DNA of 64,000 nt, taken from the NCBI GenBank assembly GCA_963731325.1, contig CAVSUL010000009.1, positions 3,240 to 67,239 on the forward strand, written 5' to 3'. The stretch comes from an uncultured Verrucomicrobiae bacterium (GTDB lineage Bacteria; Verrucomicrobiota; Verrucomicrobiia; Chthoniobacterales; JAFAMB01). A program made the position numbers and the translations under genes. The notes beneath the pieces were generated by a model that did not search any database, was not told the DNA's origin, and worked only from the letters and a program-made list of their open reading frames with translations. Of this stretch, positions 61,501 through 64,000 are shown one piece after another; the first letter of the stretch is position 1, and each line of letters begins with the position of its first letter.

Positions 61501-64000
61501 GATCGTCAAAGGAGAGCTTGGCATTACGAATCACGGCTGCTCCGTTTTGCGCCGTAGCATCAACGATGAGCCGGGGAAGAACGAAGCCCGCCAGCCGCAA
61601 TTGATTCCCCTGTAATTGCAGTTGCCCAGTGGAGCTCCTCAACGCGCCCTCTCCATGCCACTCCATGGTTAATTTCCCACCGGCACCGGAGCTTTGTCCG
61701 AACGAAGCTAGTAACGGGTTGAGAAAAGATAAATCTTCGAAATCTGCCATCGCGTTCGATCGGTAGGTGTACGGCTCGGTGAGCTTCGCCAAAATGTGTA
61801 TATCCACTCGATTTTTCGGATCAAAGACAACACGTCCCGCCTCAATGTTCAGCTCCTCATTTTCGACCTTACCGGCGATGTCAAGATCCTCGATAGGTAG
61901 CCCGCGATAGAGGAAGTGATCGCCCACTACGGATAGCGTACCGCTTGGAAGCTTACTCCGAGCGTTTCCCTGGCCGATAAAGCTCGCACTGAGCCGCCCG
62001 GCTAAACCCGGATCAGGGCCGATCGCTTTCAGCAGCCCGTTAAATGTGCGCAGGTCGGCAAAATTGACAGAGCCATCCGCATGATAATTGAACGGGTCAA
62101 CCGCGGAGAAGTCCCCGGTCAGATTGATCGTGTTACGCGGATCGAATGTTATTTTGAAATTCCGCAGGAACGCGATGTTGTTGTCCGTGTCTGCGTTGAT
62201 GGCCAGATCCTGGATCAGGAGATCGCTTGCTTTGATCTGTTGGCCAGCCGCCTTGAATTGGGCGCGAGGGAGGGGATTCCGGATGTCACCCGCGGCATCC
62301 AGAGTCGCCTGAAATTTGCCGCTGAGGTTGCTCGGTTTGCCCAGGTTCGCCAGCAGATCATGGAAAACGCCCAGATTCTCAAAATCGATAGCAGCGTGAC
62401 CTTCGTACGTATATGGATCGGCGAGCGCGGCCGACGCCCGCGCGGTAATCGTATTCTGGTCGTCGAACGCCAATCGCACAGTAGGCACCTGCAACAGGCC
62501 ATTAGCCGTCATGCCTTGCACTTCCAGAGACTTTAATTCCACACCGCGATAGGAAAGCGTTTGACCGGCGGCCTGGAACTGTGATTCGGGAATTCGGTTT
62601 TGGGCCGTGCCGCTCGCTTTCAAGTGCGCGTCGAAGGTTCCTTGAAGCCCGGCCGGCTGCCCGAATGCTACCAGGATTTCGTTGAGAACTGCCAGGTCCG
62701 CGAAGTGGATCGTACCGCTTGCCTGGTAAGGAATTTGCCCGGACAGAGTGGCCGTACCGGTTAGACGGGCAAAATTAAAATCGTCGATGGCGAGTTTCGC
62801 GTCACGCACCTCGGCCATTCCATCATGCGCCGTTGCGTCAACGGCGAGCCGAGGAAGAACAAAGCCCCGATAGCGCAGCTGATTGCCGGAAGCTCTCAGG
62901 AAACCGTTGGGTCGGAGCTGGCTGACGGCAAAGTTTCCGTCCGCGGTCAGACTGCCTTCAACCATGTCGGTATCCGTAAAATCTCCGAGGGACTCAACAT
63001 GCAATTGCACATTTCCGGTGATCTGTTTCGGATCGAAAGGGTTCTTCGGCGTCGGTAAGGGGCTGTGCGCATCCAGGGCGATCTTGCTTTGGCCGGACAC
63101 GATCTGCGCAAGAACCTGGGCATTCTGGCCATCCAGGGCAGTAACGGTCGCATTCACGCCCGGCGCCTTGATCGGCGAAGCTTGTACATTGTGTACCTCG
63201 GCACCGGTAATCATCGCCAGCGAATTCCAAGGATTGTCGGCGAGCGGGAGCCTGGCTGCGCCGAAAGCAGTTACTCTGCTTTGGGACACTTGCACTACGG
63301 GCAATCCAAGATCCGCGCCGCTCAACTGTATCCGGGCTTGAGCCCGTCCCTGTCTCAGCCCGATTGTTCCTCCTCCCGCGAGTGAGCCTTGCGCCGCGGG
63401 GAGAAAGCGTTTCGGCTCAGGCAGCATAAGGATCAGGCCTAAATGGGCCGAAGTTTGTGCCAGAAAACTGTCGAAGGAGGGCGGCAAACGAAACGTGCCC
63501 GCGACGGAAAGCCGGTTATTTCCGGCGGACGCCTGCAAGTTACGAACCGTGCCGGCCCCGCGCAGAAGATCAGCCGACAAACCGACTGAATCGACCGTGT
63601 AGTCAAGGTAAGTTACCGGCGTCGCCGAGAATTGGGCTGTCCCGCTCCAGCTGTCGGGTCGCTCGAGGTCCCCGTTGATCGCGGCGTCAATATCTTTGAC
63701 GTTCCCGGTGAGCGGAAGGCTTATTAACCTACCCAGTTTGGCAAGATCAAGGTTAGTGAGTCTCGCGCGGAGGAAGGAGCCGGTATCGCCTTGCCGGAAG
63801 CCAAGTTGGGCCTCAATCGGCGCGTCCAGGATGCTGGCGCCGAGAGCGAGGCCTACTTGGCCCTCGTTTAAACGGGAAAGGTCCAGTCCGAAATCGTCGA
63901 CCACCGCCAACGGCGGCAGATGGAGCCCGCGCAAGGTGATGACGCCACGGCGTTCGGAAATCTCCGCTCGAATTTTCGTCCAATCTCCCACTGGTGGTAT
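58505..64000 (-). CDS. tamB: Translocation and assembly module protein TamB (DUF490 C-terminus); the 5' end is beyond the window
   Basis: More than 1830 codons are open to the window edge. The sequence is repetitive and beta-rich. The C-terminus ...FALTKNWQIIGDVGQQGDVSGRLRYFIRFR is typical of the TamB/DUF490 end. Confidence 0.85.
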   Translation of the reverse strand: MPPVGDWTKIRAEISERRGVITLRGLHLPPLAVVDDFGLDLSRLNEGQVGLALGASILDAPIEAQLGFRQGDTGSFLRARLTNLDLAKLGRLISLPLTGNVKDIDAAINGDLERPDSWSGTAQFSATPVTYLDYTVDSVGLSADLLRGAGTVRNLQASAGNNRLSVAGTFRLPPSFDSFLAQTSAHLGLILMLPEPKRFLPAAQGSLAGGGTIGLRQGRAQARIQLSGADLGLPVVQVSQSRVTAFGAARLPLADNPWNSLAMITGAEVHNVQASPIKAPGVNATVTALDGQNAQVLAQIVSGQSKIALDAHSPLPTPKNPFDPKQITGNVQLHVESLGDFTDTDMVEGSLTADGNFAVSQLRPNGFLRASGNQLRYRGFVLPRLAVDATAHDGMAEVRDAKLAIDDFNFARLTGTATLSGQIPYQASGTIHFADLAVLNEILVAFGQPAGLQGTFDAHLKASGTAQNRIPESQFQAAGQTLSYRGVELKSLEVQGMTANGLLQVPTVRLAFDDQNTITARASAALADPYTYEGHAAIDFENLGVFHDLLANLGKPSNLSGKFQATLDAAGDIRNPLPRAQFKAAGQQIKASDLLIQDLAINADTDNNIAFLRNFKITFDPRNTINLTGDFSAVDPFNYHADGSVNFADLRTFNGLLKAIGPDPGLAGRLSASFIGQGNARSKLPSGTLSVVGDHFLYRGLPIEDLDIAGKVENEELNIEAGRVVFDPKNRVDIHILAKLTEPYTYRSNAMADFEDLSFLNPLLASFGQSSGAGGKLTMEWHGEGALRSSTGQLQLQGNQLRLAGFVLPRLIVDATAQNGAAVIRNAKLSFDDLNFAQLTGTASLAGQFPYEGTGVIHFTDLGVLNEILVALRQPTGLKGALDAHVKASGNAQSRIPEAQFQVTGQTVSYRGVPIKSLELQGATANGSLQVPAIRLAFDDQNTVTARASAALADPYAYEGHAAINLENLDVFHNLLANLGKPSDLSGKFQATLDATGDVRNPLPRTQFKAAGQQIKASDLLIQDLSINADADNNIAFLRNFKITFDPSNRINLTGDFSAVDPYNYHAEGSVNFSDLRTFNGLLKAIGPDPGLAGRLSASFIGQGNARSKLPSGTLSVVGDHLLYRGLPIEDLDIAGKVEKEELNIETGRVAFDSKNRLDIHGSAKLTEPYTYQSDATADFEDLSFLNQLLASFGQTSGTAGKLSMQWHGKGELRNSTGTVQLRASQLRLANVAGIDADVEGNYQGLEAQLSKINIRSPYADLDSTLRVTPEQLEIPNLTIRKNQNALSGNLKVPLNFRPGAKIPIALDKPLEIDLRGDRIPLSAFQPGKPEVTGNIDLLIQASGALQDLAAKVHLGINDIRSPAVSTLAAAQASIDAQLSNKNLNLTGDFRQPDIQPAQLRGSIPVDVRQIIETGKMSEDTPLQLSMRWPDTNLAFLRKLSSQVRIIEGRAGVDANVGGTLQRPVVTGSVRSNVSRFQARTDVVPPISNFVVNINFRQDRITFDQFNGLAGGGPFGLRGSIDLTKGTDPLFDLLVTGREILITRSDTVIVRSNLNLAVRGPLSAGEVSGVVGVTNSRFFQDIDILPLNLPGRPAPTPPAVPPPSSVGIKTAPLSNWKFNIDVRTDQQFRVESNLARGKVTINLHAAGTGATPSVTGFVRVDSLIASLPFSHLNITNGYVNFVPGGNPLDPVLNIVGTSQVRDYDVRVRIFGNVSNFQILFDSTPPLAQGDIASLLATGATTAEFVENPSLLAGRATFLLAQQLLTKVFRVRPNPNQQAFLERLQVNIIPGARAGTQDVSARFALTKNWQIIGDVGQQGDVSGRLRYFIRFR
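60305..62888. repeat. In-frame tandem duplication inside tamB (2 units of 1278 nt = 426 codons)
   Basis: Matching landmarks lie exactly 1278 nt apart. These are ccgcttggaagcttactccgagc at 60663 and 61941, gaaatctgcc ending at 60470 and 61748, and ccgrggaagaac at 61571 and 62849. Confidence 0.9.

Noticed and set aside
1-64000. tRNA, rRNA, tmRNA, RNase P, SRP RNA and CRISPR arrays.
   Set aside because: I scanned for T-loop (GGTTCGAATCC-like) contexts, conserved RNase P and 4.5S cores, and regularly spaced direct repeats with unique spacers. None was found. The regular repeats present are contiguous micro/minisatellites or inverted pairs, not repeat-spacer arrays.

Overview
GC-rich window from a Gram-negative chromosome. 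Gene content suggests a soil Verrucomicrobiota/PVC-type organism: a PafA/Dop homologue in a diderm, TamAB, an Lnb-like protein and many intergenic palindromic repeats. This taxonomic guess is inference only. Most of the window is housekeeping: sugar and peptide ABC components, a yitJ-type Met enzyme, an EmrAB-type efflux pair with an HxlR regulator, phosphosugar mutase, the ribBA-ribH-nusB-ftsY string, fcl, pncA/pncB, gltX-aroE, GspE/GspF, a Pho-like group and TamB-TamA. I found no rRNA, tRNA or CRISPR array. Four accessory or unusual parts stand out. (1) A 786-aa membrane-anchored STAND NTPase with an N-terminal DUF4062/TIR-like domain (37032-39392) lies directly downstream of pncB-pncA. This is my best candidate for an undescribed conflict/defence-type module. 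(2) An envelope-lipid cluster (21596-27710) has an Lnb-like DUF4105 protein translationally coupled to an Lnt homologue whose E-K-C catalytic triad appears lost, followed by DUF2334 and a PHP-GT4 fusion. (3) An orphan Pup-ligase/deamidase-family gene is coupled to an exported thioredoxin (41903-43788). (4) There is a RES-Xre toxin-antitoxin pair, a truncated VapC and decayed IS3/IS256 fragments. The intergenic DNA is rich in structure: a ~160-bp nested-palindrome repeat in 3 copies, a second repeat module in 3 copies, and several pairs of inverted low-complexity tandem arrays (7-mers, 9-mers). tamB carries a recent 2 x 1278-nt in-frame tandem duplication. All family assignments come from motif recognition by eye; no searches were run. 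The ORF track counts GTG/TTG as starts, so many 5' ends are uncertain. Where a downstream ATG fits the neighbouring genes better, I give that one.
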